From the NCBI RefSeq assembly GCF_009914755.1, contig NC_060940.1: a stretch of DNA of 64,000 nt; one strand, 5' to 3'. Below are positions 1 through 16,644 of this stretch, one piece after another. The notes under the pieces are model-generated. The model did not search any database. It was not told the DNA's origin and saw nothing but the letters and a program-made list of their open reading frames with translations. The number at the start of each line of letters is the position of its first letter. Positions within the stretch are counted from its first letter, which is position 1. A program made the position numbers and the translations under genes. Origin of the DNA: the human T2T-CHM13v2.0 reference genome, Homo sapiens.

Positions 1-623
1 GCGTGGTGGCGTGTGCCTGTAGTCCCAGCTACTTGGGAGGTTGAGGCAAAGGAATCACTTGAACCTGGGAGGCTGGGTTGCAGTGAGCCGAGATCATGCC
101 GTTGTACTTCATCCTGGCAACAACGAGATTCTGTCTCAAAAAAAAAAAAAAAAAGCACAAAATGGTACAAAGAATAGTATAATATTAAATTATTTTGTAA
201 TATTACTATTTATATATAGTCAGTATTAACCTTTTCTGGCTGTTCTTTTTTTTTTTTTTTTGAGACGGAGTCTCCCTGTGTGGTCCAGGCTGGAGTGCAG
301 TGGCGCAATCTCGGCTGACTGCAACCCCTGCCTCCCAGGTTCAAGTAATTATTGTGCCTCAGCCTCCCAAGTAGCTGGGATTACAGGTGCCCACCACCAC
401 ACACAGCTGATTTTTGTATTTTTAGTAGAGATGGGGTTTTACCATGTTGGTCACAGTGGTCTTGAACTCCTGACTTCAAGTAATCTGCCCACCTCAGCCT
501 CCCAAAGTGCTGGGATTACAGGCGTAAGCCACTGCGCCCGGCCTCGATTTTCTTTTATTGTATTTGTATGTCTTTTTGTAAACACACATACACACACAAT
601 GTTTTTTAATTGGGCTTATCTGA

Positions 624-972
<349 letters not shown>

Positions 973-1210
973 TGATCTTGAACTCCTGACCTCAGATGAT
1001 CTGCCGGCCTTGGTCTCCTAAAGTGCTGGGATTATAGGTGTGAGCCAACGCACCCAGCCTGTGCACACTTTGCTGTTACTTAGAATGTACCTGTAATCAG
1101 TGTTTGTTTTCCGGACCCTTCTCTATGTCCTATTTAGAACAGTAGAGACATGAGTATTTTCTGAGATCTAGGTTGGTGCTTGGTACATCCCAAGTAATAA
1201 CTGATCCTAA

Positions 1211-1667
<457 letters not shown>

Positions 1668-2676
1668 TAGCCAGGATTACAGGCGTGCACCACCACACCT
1701 GGCTAATTTTTGTATTTTTAGTAGAGACGGGTTTTCACCATGTTGGTGACTACAGGTACGTTCTAAGTAACAGCAAAAGTGTGTTCAGGTTGGGCTCATT
1801 GGCTCGAACTCCTGACCTCGTTATCCGCCCACCTCAGCCTCCCAAAGTGCTGGGATTACAGGCGTGAGCCACCGCGCCTGGCCCACGTAGGCATCTTCTA
1901 TGAAAGAATTGATTATAATACTCTCTTTGAATCGGGCTGGCGTCCCAATTTATGTACTTTTGTGGCTAGGTATTAAGTACTTGAGAGCTGTTGTGAGCTG
2001 GGAATGGATGCTTTCCTAATGGCATTGCATTTTAAATTTCCTTAAAATACTCTGCTAGCCAAAGAAAACACAGCTGATCTTCAAACCCACCAGTTTTCCC
2101 ACCCACATACTAGAAGTAAAAGTGGACCTGTTTTCCAAATGTGAAGAGATATAATCAACACTTTTAAAATTTGTTTTAATTCAGAGAGAAACCTAGGTAT
2201 CTAGGTATTTGGCAAGAAAAAACCATTAGAGGTCAGGTATGCCGACTCACACCTGTAATCCCAACTCTTTGGGAGGCCTAGGCAGGAGTACTGCTTATGT
2301 CCAGAAGGACTGCTTGAGCCCAGGAGTTGGAGACCAGCGTGGGTAACATAATAAGACCCTGTCTCTACAAAAAAAATTTTTTTTTAGTTGTGTATGGTAA
2401 TGCATTCCTATAGTCCCAGCTCCTAGGGAGGGTGAGATCTGAAGATCACTTGAGCACAGAAGGTTGAGGCTGCAGAGCTGTGATCATGCCATTGCACTTC
2501 ATCCTTGGTGACAGTGCATGACCGTTTCTGAAATCCAACAAACAAAAACAACCGTTAGAGAACCTACACAATGAAAAGAAGTATAATCTACAGTTTGAAA
2601 CTCAAGCAATTAAAAGAAAGAAATGCCAGAAATAGAATCTCCAGAAAATGTAGCAACTTGGAACCAGTCATTATCA

Positions 2677-2856
<180 letters not shown>

Positions 2857-2859
2857 TTA

Positions 2860-3015
<156 letters not shown>

Positions 3016-3211
3016 TTAAAAAAAATAAAAATATAGGCCGGGCGCGGTGGCTCACACCTGTAATCCCAGCACTTTGGGAGGCTGAGGCGGGCAGATCACC
3101 TGAAGTCTGGAGTTTGAGAACAGCCTGACCAACATGGTGAAACCCCGTCTCTACCAGAAATAAAAAAATTAGCCGGGTATGGTGGCACATGCCTGTAATC
3201 CCAGCTACTCA

Positions 3212-3343
<132 letters not shown>

Positions 3344-3550
3344 TTAAAAAGAAAGGCTTACTTGGTGTTTGTCTAGTAGTAGTTTCCTAGAACTTGTCTT
3401 CTCTTCATTGCACGCAATATAATTATACATCTTTGGACTTACATGCTTTTTGTAATTAGATTTATAGATTTTAACGGATAGTTGCATAGAAGAAACATAT
3501 TAAACATTTAAGCAAAAAGAAAAGCAGATGAGGTAAATGTGTTGGAGTCA

Positions 3551-3748
<198 letters not shown>

Positions 3749-4124
3749 TTAGCTGAGCATGGTGTCATGCATCTGTAACCCCAGCTACTTGGGAGACTGA
3801 GATGGGAGCATCACTTGAGCCCAGGAACTGGAGGCTGCAGGGAGCTAGGATCACATCACTGTGCTCCAATTTGGGCAACAGAGTGAGACCCTTTCTTAAA
3901 TAAATATACTTAGAAATCACATTAATATATCTATTTTGTTTTATAAACAGCTTAGTTCTTTTAGTGTGTTTTGTTGCCATTGTCTTGAATTTTAAAAGCC
4001 TAAATGAATCCCAAAATTTGCTTCTCTTTATTTTCTTTTTGTAGCTTGAGTTTGTCATTTATGTATCAAAGATTTTTAACTAATATTTTGTTTTTTCTCA
4101 ACTCTTTAAAAAAATTTAAAACAG

Positions 4125-4265
4125 CCCAGCGGTCTGCTCAAGAACTTCCTCATATTGAGAAGTACAGTATCAACAGTTGTTCTGTAAATGGAGGTCATGA
4201 AATGGTTGTGACTGGATCTAATTTTCTTCCAGAATCCAAAATCATTTTTCTTGAAAAAGGACAAG
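4125..4265 (+). CDS. NFATC3: NFATC3 coding exon (exon 6), start of IPT/TIG part of the Rel homology region
   Basis: acag|CCCAGCGG...GGACAAG|gtaagt; 141 nt; encodes (S)[46 protein letters not shown], typical of the NFAT RHR. Confidence 0.97.
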
Positions 4266-4639
4266 GTAAGTAATATATGAGTTGATTGACTTCAAACTAA
4301 GGGGCAAAGGGTAAAATAAATTATTTAGATGTTTCTGTAACAAAAATTACAAAGTAGTTTTCATAAAGCTATGGGTGTCATTTTGCACTTGATTTTATTT
4401 TAAACCAAACATTTATTAAATTTTCATATAAATGTTAAATTATCTTTAAGGAGCTGGGCATGGTGGCATGTGCCTGTAGTTCCAGCTACTCAGAAGGCTG
4501 AGGCAGGAGGATCACTTAGGCCCAGAAGTTCTAGGTTACAGTGAGCTCTGATTGTGGCACTTCACTCCTCAGCCTGGGCAACAGAGTGAAACCTTGTTTC
4601 TAAATAATAATGTAATAATAATAATTTAAGATGTCTGAA

Positions 4640-5196
4640 AAGTAGAATTCCCCCAGCAACTCTACTCCTAAGTGTTTACTTGAAAGGGTTAGAAATACGT
4701 GTCCGTACATGAACTTAGAGACAAATATTTATAGCAACTTTATTTATAATTGCCAAAAAATGGAAACAACCTAAATGCTCACCAACTGATGAATGGATAA
4801 ACAAAATGTGATATATCCATACAATGGAATATTACTTGGTTATAAAAATTAATGAAGTACTCATACATGCTACAGCATGGATAAACCCTGAAAATAGGCT
4901 AAGTGAAGGAAGCCAGCATAAAAGGACACATAGTATATGACTCCATTTGTATAAAATGTCCAGTATAGGCAATCCAGAAACCAAAAGTAGATTAGTGCTT
5001 ACCAGTGGTTGGAGGAAGTTGTCAGTAGTGAGTGACTGCTGATGGGAACTGGGTTTCCTTTTGGAGTGATGGAAATCTTCTGGAATTAGATAGTGGTGAT
5101 GGTTGTACTGCTCTGTGAATATCCCCCAACCCTCTGAGTAGTATACTTTAAAAGGATGGATTTTATAGTATGTGAATTATACCTCAATTATTTTTA
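4640..5196 (+). mobile_element. Old L1M 3' end fragment
   Basis: tggaaacaacctaaatg, gaatggataaacaaaatgtg, gatagtggtgatggttg, atgtgaattatacctcaat motifs. Confidence 0.8.
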
Positions 5197-5355
5197 AAGT
5201 AGAAGAATTCAGTGTTTATCAGGGTGTTTGATTTTATTCCTTCTTGTGCATATTTAAAACACTTTTACATCAGTTGTTTCCTCTCAGTTTTAAAAATGTT
5301 TAAAACTTATGAAAGACTTTTTTTTTTTGAGACAGTGACTTGTTCTGTTGGCTAG

Positions 5356-5538
<183 letters not shown>

Positions 5539-6739
5539 TGACCTCAAGTGATCTGCCCACCTCAGCCTCCCAAAGTGCTAGGATCTACGCGCCAGTCATG
5601 AAAGACTGTTTTTATAAGAATAATATAATATAACAAATACTTAAACCTACTACCAAGTTTAAGAAATACATTTACCTTTGAAAGCCCCTGGGTCCCCCTT
5701 CTCAAATGGAACCATCATCTGAATTGACCCTTGCTTTTCTTTTTTTTGAGACGGAGCCTCGCTCTGTTACCCCGGCTGGAGTGCGGTGGCACTATCTCAG
5801 CTCACTGCAACCTCCACCTCCGTGTTCAAGCAATTCTCCTGCCTCAGCCTCCCGAGTAGCTGGGATTACAGGCGCCCACCACCATGCCCAGCTAAGTTTT
5901 GGATTTTTAGTAGAAATGGGGTTTCACCATATTGGCCAGGCTGGTCTCTAACTCCTGACCTCACGATCCACCCGTCTCGGCCTCCCAAAGTGCTGGAATT
6001 AGAGGCGTGAGCTACCGCACCCGGCTGTAACCCTTGCTTTTCAACCATATAAAACTATTTATAATTGCCAAAAAATGGAAACAACCTAAATGCTCAACAT
6101 CTTTTTTTTTTTTTTCTGTTTTTGGACTTTGTACGATATTGCCTCTATTCTTTGAAAAATTGTATTTTCAGAGGTCTTAATGTTTTAAGACTGATCCATG
6201 TAACTGAAGACCTTTCACTACTATAAAGTTTTTCGTTGTATGAATGTACCACAATTTATTATCCTTTCTCTTACTGGATATTTCGATATTGTCCAGTTTT
6301 TGGCACTGCTGTACCTGGTAGGCATAGGCAAGAATATTAAAATTCTTAAATTTTTTTAATCCACTAGAGGTGAAATGGTATTTTGAAATTTGGGTTTGAA
6401 TTTCCCTGATAGCTGTTGAGGTTGTTATGGACCATTAATATTTCATTTACTATGCAATAACTGTGTCTTTGCCTGTTTTCTCCATTGGATCATTTTTCAT
6501 TTTCTTAGTGACTTAAGGAATTCTTTATATATTCCGGATATCAGAGTGATTTGGGGGAAGTGCTTCTTCTTTTTCCATTCATTAACAGTATCTGTTGAGT
6601 ACTCTCATGTTCCCTTGCACATGTGACAGAGCTCACCTCCAAAACCTTCTGGACAGGGGACTGTCTTTGTGGGGAGCCATTAACTTGTGATATATTTCTA
6701 TTTGTGGTTGTAGGACTAGTCAGATTTGTTTCTTCTTGA

Positions 6740-6979
<240 letters not shown>

Positions 6980-8189
6980 TAAATAGAGATGGGGTTTCAC
7001 CATGTTGGCCAGGCTGGTCTTGAACTCCTGATCTCAGGTGATCCGCCCGTCTTGGCCTCCCAAAGTCCTTGGATTACAGGCGTGAGCCTATGTGCCCGCC
7101 TGGTCATATATATTTTTCTAGGACTTTATTCCTTTCCCCTACATTTTCAAATCTATTGACATTAATTAACTCACAGTATTCTCTTTTTGCATCTGGAGTT
7201 ATATCCCCCCACTCTTTTATTCCTGTTATTTATTTATGCCATTTCTGGATTTTTTACCAGTCTTTCCATAGTTCTTGGCTTTATCAAACCTTTCAGTGTG
7301 CCTTTCTGTTTCACTGATTTCTATATTTAACTTCTTTTTACTTTTTTTATTATGTTTTTTCTTAATTAAAATTTTAATGTTTTCATTCTTTTGTCTTTTT
7401 AAAACTTAAGTATTAAAGGCTATACGGTGCCCCCATCACCTCTCTTTTATAATTTCTCTATCTTTTTCTACTGGATCCTTCTTCTTGGAGTTTAATTATG
7501 TTTATGTCTTCTCATCCTAAATATTCCCTTTCTCTTAAATCTGTCATCCTCTTAAGCTTTTGTTTCATTTCTCTATCGCTTAGCATCCACCCTCTCAAAA
7601 AAGTAGTATCATATGCTTTCATTTCCTTACCTGCTACTCTTTAATCTTTTGTCTTTCACTTCATTGAAATCATAATCACCTAAAAATTTGACAGCCAGCT
7701 ACTTACTCTCCTTCTTAACACTTTTCCCCCTTGGCTTTGTTGTTATCTGGTTCTCACACATCTTTATTCTTGTTTGTTTTTTTATACGAATTTTTCTGGC
7801 TCTTAAATATAGATGTTTTCTAAGGTTTTCTACTTATTTTTCTTCTCATTGTTTTCCTTCTTTTTGAGAAATTTTATTAGCTCCCAAATCTCTCTCTGTA
7901 GCAACATGTTTCTCTTAAACTTTAACCTGAAATTTAAAATACCCACTGGATATTGCTTCATAAATGTCTCACTGATACTTAAAATATGAAAACATATCTG
8001 ACTTTACAAACTAGTTTTTCTCTCTGGGTTTCTTAACTTGATTAATAATATCAGCATCTTCTCTTTGAGCTGGAAGTATGTGGCTGTCTTATTCTCCTTT
8101 AAAATTAACTTCCCTTCAACCCTGACCCATACCCTGCCTGTCTTCAAAAAACATCAGTTCTGTTTCATAATTTATTAATTCATCAATTA

Positions 8190-9165
8190 TTTATGTAGCA
8201 GTGCTATGTGATATAGACACTAGTCTAGGCATTGGGGACATAATGTTGAATACAACCTTCAGGTTGTGTGCTCTGATAGAGCTTACATTGTAGTGGGGGA
8301 AGCACCTATAAACAAATAAATGAACAAGATTATTCCAGATAAAATTGTATGAAGAGGGTATAGTGATAGAGACTGAATTGTGAACTGTTTGTATCAAGTC
8401 ATCAAGAAAGGTCTTTCTGTAGGTGTCACATTTTAGGTGAATAAGGAGCAGGAGGAAGAGACGGTGTCTCAGAGCTGTCCCTTCCTTTCCACTGTAAAAA
8501 TTCATCTGTGCATGAATACAATTAATAGGTATTATTGAATTCATTTATTTGGCCCAGAGCTTCACATTTAAGAGCTTTTGACTGAAGTTGAATCATGTTA
8601 AATGGTGGCAGTTACTGGTTTTAGAGGAGATTGCAGTTGTAAACATGTAACTCCCATTTTAAAAGCACCTTCAGTGATCCCCTTCATTTTCTAGGCTCCT
8701 TATTATGGCATTCAGGCCATAATCTGCTGCCAGTCTTTCCAACCCTCTTTCTTACTGCTCCTTGCCTCATACTTTATACAGCATCACAGCTGCTTGTTAA
8801 GTCTCTATATCTTAGGGGTTCATGTCATCTTGCCTGTGCTCATGCTGTCTCTTCTGTCTATAATTACCCTTTCCTCATATTATGAGTTCTGTCTCATGTT
8901 AAGTCTCAGTTCAAGAGCTCTTCCAGGAAGCCTTCCTTCTCTCACTACCCCTCCCCAAGATTAGGTTGAAGACCCTGATCCCTGTGTTCTTGGTTTATTC
9001 AGAGTGTACCTTTATTAATTATTGTACCCAACACATTTTATTATAATCAACTGTTTGCGTTTGCCTTTCATCCACAGGCTGAAGGCAGGGCATCCTGTCT
9101 CAGTTATCTCAGTAACATGAAGTGTCTGGCACATAAGGATCCAGCAAATGGTTGCTGAACTGAGC
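8190..9165. mobile_element. L2 fragments
   Basis: ctaggcattggggaca, gagcttacattgtagtgggg, gtgtctggcacata...aaatggttgctgaa. Confidence 0.5.
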
Positions 9166-10237
9166 TGTAATTTTAAGTAGGTGTAGCACTTGCCTGTAGT
9201 ATCTCTTGTGCAGCAGAAGTAACCATTGTCTAGTTACTGGACTGGAAAATGATAGTTACAACCTGGAAAGCATTTGATGAAATATTTCATGATAACTTCA
9301 CAGACCAGATGAAGAAGTGATGCAAGCTGTGTGTGGCTTAGTCACTGGGTGAATGCCCATGACACAAAAAGAATGCTTTGGAATAATTGTACATCAGTCG
9401 GAGAGCTTTAGTAGCAGATAAGGCTGTCTCCAAATGAGTAGTTCACTTAGGATGAAGAGACAGAAAATGTGTTGGCCAAATCTTCAGGTGACAGAAATCT
9501 GGAAAGCCTAGGAAACATTTTTTAGGACCATCAGTATCTAAAAAATATTTTGACAAGTCAAGGGATCCAACAAAATGAAGTCTCCCTGCTGGGAGTAAGT
9601 AATGTTCCAAAGGGCTGGGAGAAAAATACCAACTCAGCTGCATTAAGTGCACAGTATGGGAACATGGCAGTAGGAAATGTATAGACCCTTGGTCACATAC
9701 TTATTGTGAGAGTCAGCATATGGTGCTCCCAAGAAAGCTTCCCCGCCTGCACCCCAAGAAAGCTTTCATTAACAAAGACACAGCATTTCCGTGTACGGTG
9801 GTTAGAGCCTCAGTCATTCTGTACCATGCTTGGTCATTTCTCACCTAGGTTATTCAGTCCTGGGCCTTGTGAATTTGGAGGAGCACGTTTAAGCAGAGAC
9901 CATGAAGTCTAAAATATTATGTAAGGAATAGGCACAGAACTGGGGATGCTAGCCAGTAGGAGAGGAGACACAAGCAGATATAACAGCTTTTCAACATCTG
10001 AAATATAATCTCACAGAGAAGCAATCAAGATTTTATTTTGTGACGGCAAGGAATAATGTTTAGCCTAGTTGTTGGATACCATAAAGAGACATTTCATTTA
10101 TCACGAGGAGCTTTCTAGCAGCATTTATTATCCAAGATGGAATGAGTTACCTGGTGAGGAAGTGAGTTTCCTGTCATTTTAGTTGTACAAGCAAAAGTTG
10201 GCCACCACTTGATGGCGGTGTTCTCAGAGGGCTTTTA

Positions 10238-10969
10238 TTTGTTTTTTATTTTTATTTTTTTTAAATTATACTTTAAGTTCTAGGGTACATATGCACAACT
10301 TGCAGGTTTGTTACATAGGTGTAGATGTGCCATGTTGGTGTGCTGCACCCATTAACTTGTCGTTTACATTAGATATATCTCCTAATGCTATCCCTTCCAC
10401 TTTCCCCCACCCCACGACAGGCCCCAGTGTGTGATATTCCCCATTCCTGTGTCTCAAGTGTGTTCTCATTGTTCAATTCCCACCTATGAGTGAGAACATG
10501 CGGTGTTTGGTTTTTTGTCCTTGTGATAGTTTGCTGAGAATGATGGTTTCCAGCTTCATCCATGTCCCTACAAAGGACATTAACTCATCATTTTTTATGG
10601 CTGCATAGTATTCCATGGGGTATATGTGCCACATTTTCTTAATCCAGTCTATCATTCATGGACATTTGGGTTGGTTCCAAGTCTTTGCTGTTGTGAATAG
10701 TGCCACAATAAACATATGTGTGCATGTGTCTTTATAGCAGCATGATTTATAATCCTTTGGGTATATACCCAGCAATGGGATGGTTGGGTCAAATGGTATT
10801 TCTAGTTCTAGATCTTTGAGGAATCGCCACACTGTCTTCCACAATGGTTGAAGTAGTTTACAGTCCCACCAACAGTGTAAAAGTGTTCCTATTTCTCCAC
10901 ATCCTCTCCAGCACCTGTTGTTTCCTGACTTTTTAATGATCGCCATTCTAACCGGTGTGAGATGGTATC
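10238..10969 (-). mobile_element. 5'-truncated primate L1PA (ORF2 C-terminus, 3'UTR, A-rich tail)
   Basis: ORF2 peptides [27 protein letters not shown] and IKKMWHIY; 16-bp TSD tctcagagggctttta at 10222 and 10970. Confidence 0.95.
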
Positions 10970-11225
10970 TCTCAGAGGGCTTTTAAACATCACTTGGGTA
11001 GATGGTTAGAATGAACTCAGTGGGATCTGCTAACCTGGGCAGCCCAAGATCTTTCTCCTTGTATTTTCCCCATTTGTACATATTTATATTTTATTTTCAT
11101 AATGGAAGTCAGTGGAAAAAAGATCCCCTTTGTTAATAAATTTGTGATACTATCCATGCATTAGATTTTGTCTGTATGCTTTCTGATATGAATTGCTTTT
11201 AACTATAAACTCTTTCTTTCAATAG

Positions 11226-11281
11226 ATGGACGACCTCAGTGGGAGGTAGAAGGGAAGATAATCAGGGAAAAATGTCAAGGG
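11226..11281 (+). CDS. NFATC3: NFATC3 coding exon (exon 7)
   Basis: ttcaatag|ATGGACGACC...CAAGGG|gtaaga; 56 nt; DGRPQWEVEGKIIREKCQG, in phase with both neighbours. Confidence 0.96.
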
Positions 11282-11418
11282 GTAAGAAATTTACCTTAAT
11301 TCTTAAGAAATATTTAAGACACTGAATAGAAAATTGAATAATGCTGCTTTATGGTATGGATGACTCTTTTGTATATTGATTAATAAAAAAGTAAAATTAG
11401 GCTGGGCATGGTGGCTCA

Positions 11419-11691
<273 letters not shown>

Positions 11692-12233
11692 CTAGCGGTT
11701 TGGAAGTAAAATATTTACCTAGTATTAAAGTAAATTAAATTAAAGTTTAGAAAAGATAACCAGTTAGTGTCTTCTTTTCTCCTTATTGTATATAGGGAAG
11801 GAGAAACTAGAAATGAAAGATCATCAGAAGGTTCTTATTGAAATTATCATTAATTTCTCTGAACTCATTTAGGAATAAAAACAAATTCAATAAAGAACAT
11901 ATGTATAGGCCTTCATGGAAAAATGAGAAAGAACATATGTAGTGGGTAAAAGTTAGGAGCAAGACAAGTCCTTAGGAATTGTGTACTTAACACATATTTC
12001 TAACTCTTCAGCTATTTAGTTAAGCTTTCTAGGATTCTACATTGAAAGTTTTGGTCTTGTTATGGTGGTTGGAATGGAGACAGAGCATTTTCTGGGCTAG
12101 GGAATACCACTTCCCACAGTGCTTTCCAAAGATTTGGAGCAGTTAGGTTGAGGATTGTATTTGGTTTGGGGCTAAAGATTTTCACCTTGGTTTTGTAAAA
12201 TTATTTTTGATATAGATAACACATTTTGTTTAA

Positions 12234-12395
<162 letters not shown>

Positions 12396-12468
12396 TGAGT
12401 AGCTGGGACTACAGGCGTGCAATATCATGCCTGGCTAATTTGTATTTTTAGTAGAGATAGGGTTTTAA

Positions 12469-12585
<117 letters not shown>

Positions 12586-12990
12586 TGAATATAAAATTTA
12601 AAATAAGAAATCTAAACTATAATGCTACTTGGGAACCATTAAACCTAATTAAAAATCAGAATGAATTTACTGTTAAGATACATAGTAACATGTAATATTC
12701 AGTAGAGTAAAACATCTCACTACATAGTATGTAAGACTTTTTACTTCTGCTACAACCAGAAACCCAATTGGGTGAGTAAAAAGCAATTTCTCTTTTATTG
12801 ATTAAAAGACTTACTCTTTCAAGACTGAAGTATCCCTTTAGTAAATCTCCAGATGATGTATATGACTAGCTGATGTGCATAATTATCTATGCTGGAGCCT
12901 TGTAGTTAAGACTCATGAGTTGTGATGTGTTTAACAGGTGCATTTCATTTTTAGTTCTGAGTGTAACACAATCTTGCTTTCCATCCTTAG

Positions 12991-13117
12991 GCTCACATTG
13001 TCCTTGAAGTTCCTCCATATCATAACCCAGCAGTTACAGCTGCAGTGCAGGTGCACTTTTATCTTTGCAATGGCAAGAGGAAAAAAAGCCAGTCTCAACG
13101 TTTTACTTATACACCAG
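12991..13117 (+). CDS. NFATC3: NFATC3 coding exon (exon 8), contains C-terminal NLS-like GKRKKS
   Basis: ccttag|GCTCACATT...ACACCAG|gtacga; 127 nt; [42 protein letters not shown]. Confidence 0.97.
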
Positions 13118-13146
13118 GTACGAGGAGTCATGATGGTTTACTATAG
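13118..13146 (+). CDS. NFATC3: Exon-8 read-through C-terminus GTRSHDGLL* (short NFAT4a-type isoform)
   Basis: Frame continues past the donor to TAG at 13144-13146; AATAAA at 13164-13169. Confidence 0.7.
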
Positions 13147-14335
13147 AGCTTTCTTTCCTAATGAATAAAAAGTTATTTAACGAATCCTATATTACAGTGT
13201 TTAAGGTAGAGTGCTTATAAACAATGAAAACACCAACAGATGCCCACTCTAAAGTTTTTGTTGACTTTAAATATTAGATGTGGTCTCAGTTGTTATTTTG
13301 TAATGATTTATTATAAGGAAATTAGAAGATGGACGGTAGGTTTAAGGTCTTTTTTCAGAAGGGTTTTAATCAAAAATTCCCAGCATTACAGAGGGGCAGG
13401 TGTTCGTGAGTATGTGTGTGGTTCTGGGTCATGAACTCTCCTTGTACCCTTAGCACCATAAAAAGGCAGTGTGGCCAGGCGCAGTGGCTCATGCCTGTAA
13501 TCCCAGCACTTAGGGAGGCCGAGGCGGGAGGATCACCTGAGGTTGGGAGTTTGAGACCAGCCTGACCAACATGGATGGAAAAACTTCATCTTTACTAAAA
13601 ATACAGAATTAGCCGGGTGTGGTGGTGCATTCCTGTCGTCCCAGCTACTCAGGAGGCTGAGGCAGGAGAATTGCTTGAACCCAGGAGTGGAGGTTGCGGT
13701 GAGCCGAGATCGCACCATTGCACTCCAGCCTGGGAAACGAGCGAAACTCCGTCACAAAAAAAAAAAAAAAAAAAAAGAAATGAGCTTTAACAGAAAGGTA
13801 ACATGATCAGACTTGTGTTTCAAAATCATTTTCCTCATATTTCTTTTCTTTATAAAGTGTCAAGAACCAGTTTAATCTTTTCTGAAATTAGTGACTCTGA
13901 GGAGTGAGATTTACATGAGATAAGTCCAAGAAGGTGATTCAAACACCAAGAGTGTTTTGAATATACAGACAGAACATCAGTGATGATAAAGAATATCAGG
14001 TTTTGGGGACAGATGAGAGGGGATAGGATTTAAAATGGGCCTTAGAGGGGAGAAGGAACAGAAGGGAAAGAAGATAAAGAAGATGGATTAAGATGGATGT
14101 AGATGAAAAAAGTTTGTAGATTTAGTAATGGAGAGTTTAAGGAGCTTCCATATGATAGCTTTAGGTTTTTTCCGCAAAAAATGGCATGAAGTGTCCTGTT
14201 GTGGAGCAGAGGGAAGTTTGGGTGATTTCACAGTTGGACAATCATGGAGAATGTTTGAAATAGTTTCTGTAGGCCGGGCGCTGTGGCTCACACTTTGTAA
14301 TCCCAGCACTTTGGGAGGTTGAGGTGGGTGGATCA

Positions 14336-14689
<354 letters not shown>

Positions 14690-16127
14690 TTACAGATACT
14701 ATTATAATTAATTCTATAATTAGGGGTTTATTTATTTATTTTTTTTTTTTGAGAGAGAGTCTTACCCTGTTGCTCAGGCTTGAGTACAGTGGTGTGATCT
14801 TGGCTCACTGCAACCTCCGCCTCCAGGGTTCAAGTTCATATGATTTTCCTGCCTCAGCCTCCCAAGTAGCTGGGATTACAGGTACCCTGGCTAATTTTTG
14901 TATTTTTAGTGGAGACGGGGTTTCACCACGTTGGCCAGGCTGGTCTCGAACTCCTGACCTCAGGCAATCCGCTTGCCTTGGCCTTCCAAAGCGCTGGGAT
15001 TGCAGGTGTGAGCCACCGCGCCTGGCCCAGGGGTTTAATTTTCTTTTTCCTCCCTTTTTGTTTTTCATACCCCTTGGTAACAAGTTGACCTGCTGTTAAA
15101 CTTTCTTAAGTAGCACTCAAATTCTTCAAGGCGGGTGGTAAGGTATGCATCTCCTCCAGAATGGGGTATGTCCTGTCCAAAGAGGTTATCAAATACTGTT
15201 GAGATGAGGGATTGTAGACTCTAACCTGAATGAGAAAGAAGAGGGCTTTCCAGATTGCAATAAGGAAAAGCAAAATCAGTCAACAGATTAGGGGGTTTGA
15301 TTACTTACTACCTTATAATGGTAGTAATTGAAAGGCAAACCAGGGGCCGGGCGCGGTGGCTCACACCTGTGGCCCCGCTACTTTGGGAGGCCGAGGTGGG
15401 CGGATCATGAGGTCAGGAGATTGAGACCACGGTGAAACCCCGTCTCTACTAAAAATACAAAAAATCAGCCGGGCATTGTGGCAGGTGCCTGTAGTCCTAG
15501 CTACTCGGGAGGCTGAGGCAGGAGAATGGCATGAACCCGGGAGGTGGAGCTTTCAGTGAGCCGAGATCGCACCACCGCACTCCAGCCTGGGCGACAGAGC
15601 GAGACTCCGTCTCAAAAAAAAAAAAAAAAAAAAAAGGCAAACCAGGAGAATTTGCCGCCTTTCAGCCCATGAATTGGGAGGACAATAAAAAGGCAGAATC
15701 CTAGAGGATATTACATTTGGGAATGGAAATCAGTAGAGCTCTGGAATGGAAAGAAAACATTGGGTTGCACTGTAACTCATCACTGGCCTTATGGTTGATA
15801 GATGACAAATCAGGTGACATACACTAACAGAAGAATAGACACACAGGAATGCTTGTGTAGTACTTGTTCTGGTTGGTTACTATCTCTGTAGCATTTAGCT
15901 TTTTTCATTTTTTTCTAAAATGACATTTTGAATAAAATTTTTACAAAAGTCAGTACATTACTGTAATTAAAAAAAAAAAAAGACAGGTGGAAAGACTATA
16001 TTAAAACATTCAAATTCTTGGCCAGGCGCTGTAGCTCACGCCTGTAATCCCAGCACTTTGGGTGGATCACGAGGTCAGGAGATCAAGATCATCCTGGCTA
16101 ACATGGGGTGAAACCCTGTCTCTACTA

Positions 16128-16352
<225 letters not shown>

Positions 16353-16644
16353 CTATCATTCTGTTCTTCCAGATTCCTTTGATCCACATATAAACAAAAT
16401 TTTTAAAAAATGGAAATGGGACTAGCCCATATATAGTTTTGTAACTGAACACTTTAATTTTTCATCATCAACAGAGAATTTTACAGAATTGTAATAACTT
16501 CTTAGTATTTTGTTGTATGACCTGATCTCTGTTATTTTGTTTGTCTCATTAATTTGTATGAATACTTTATTTAGAGATTTTATTTTGTTTATGGCGAATA
16601 ACTCCTTTTAAAATTTTACTTATACAATTTTTAGATAGTCATAT

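Noticed and set aside
10369-10946. L1 ORF2-like peptides
   Set aside because: 5'-truncated, frameshifted L1 fragment; cannot be active
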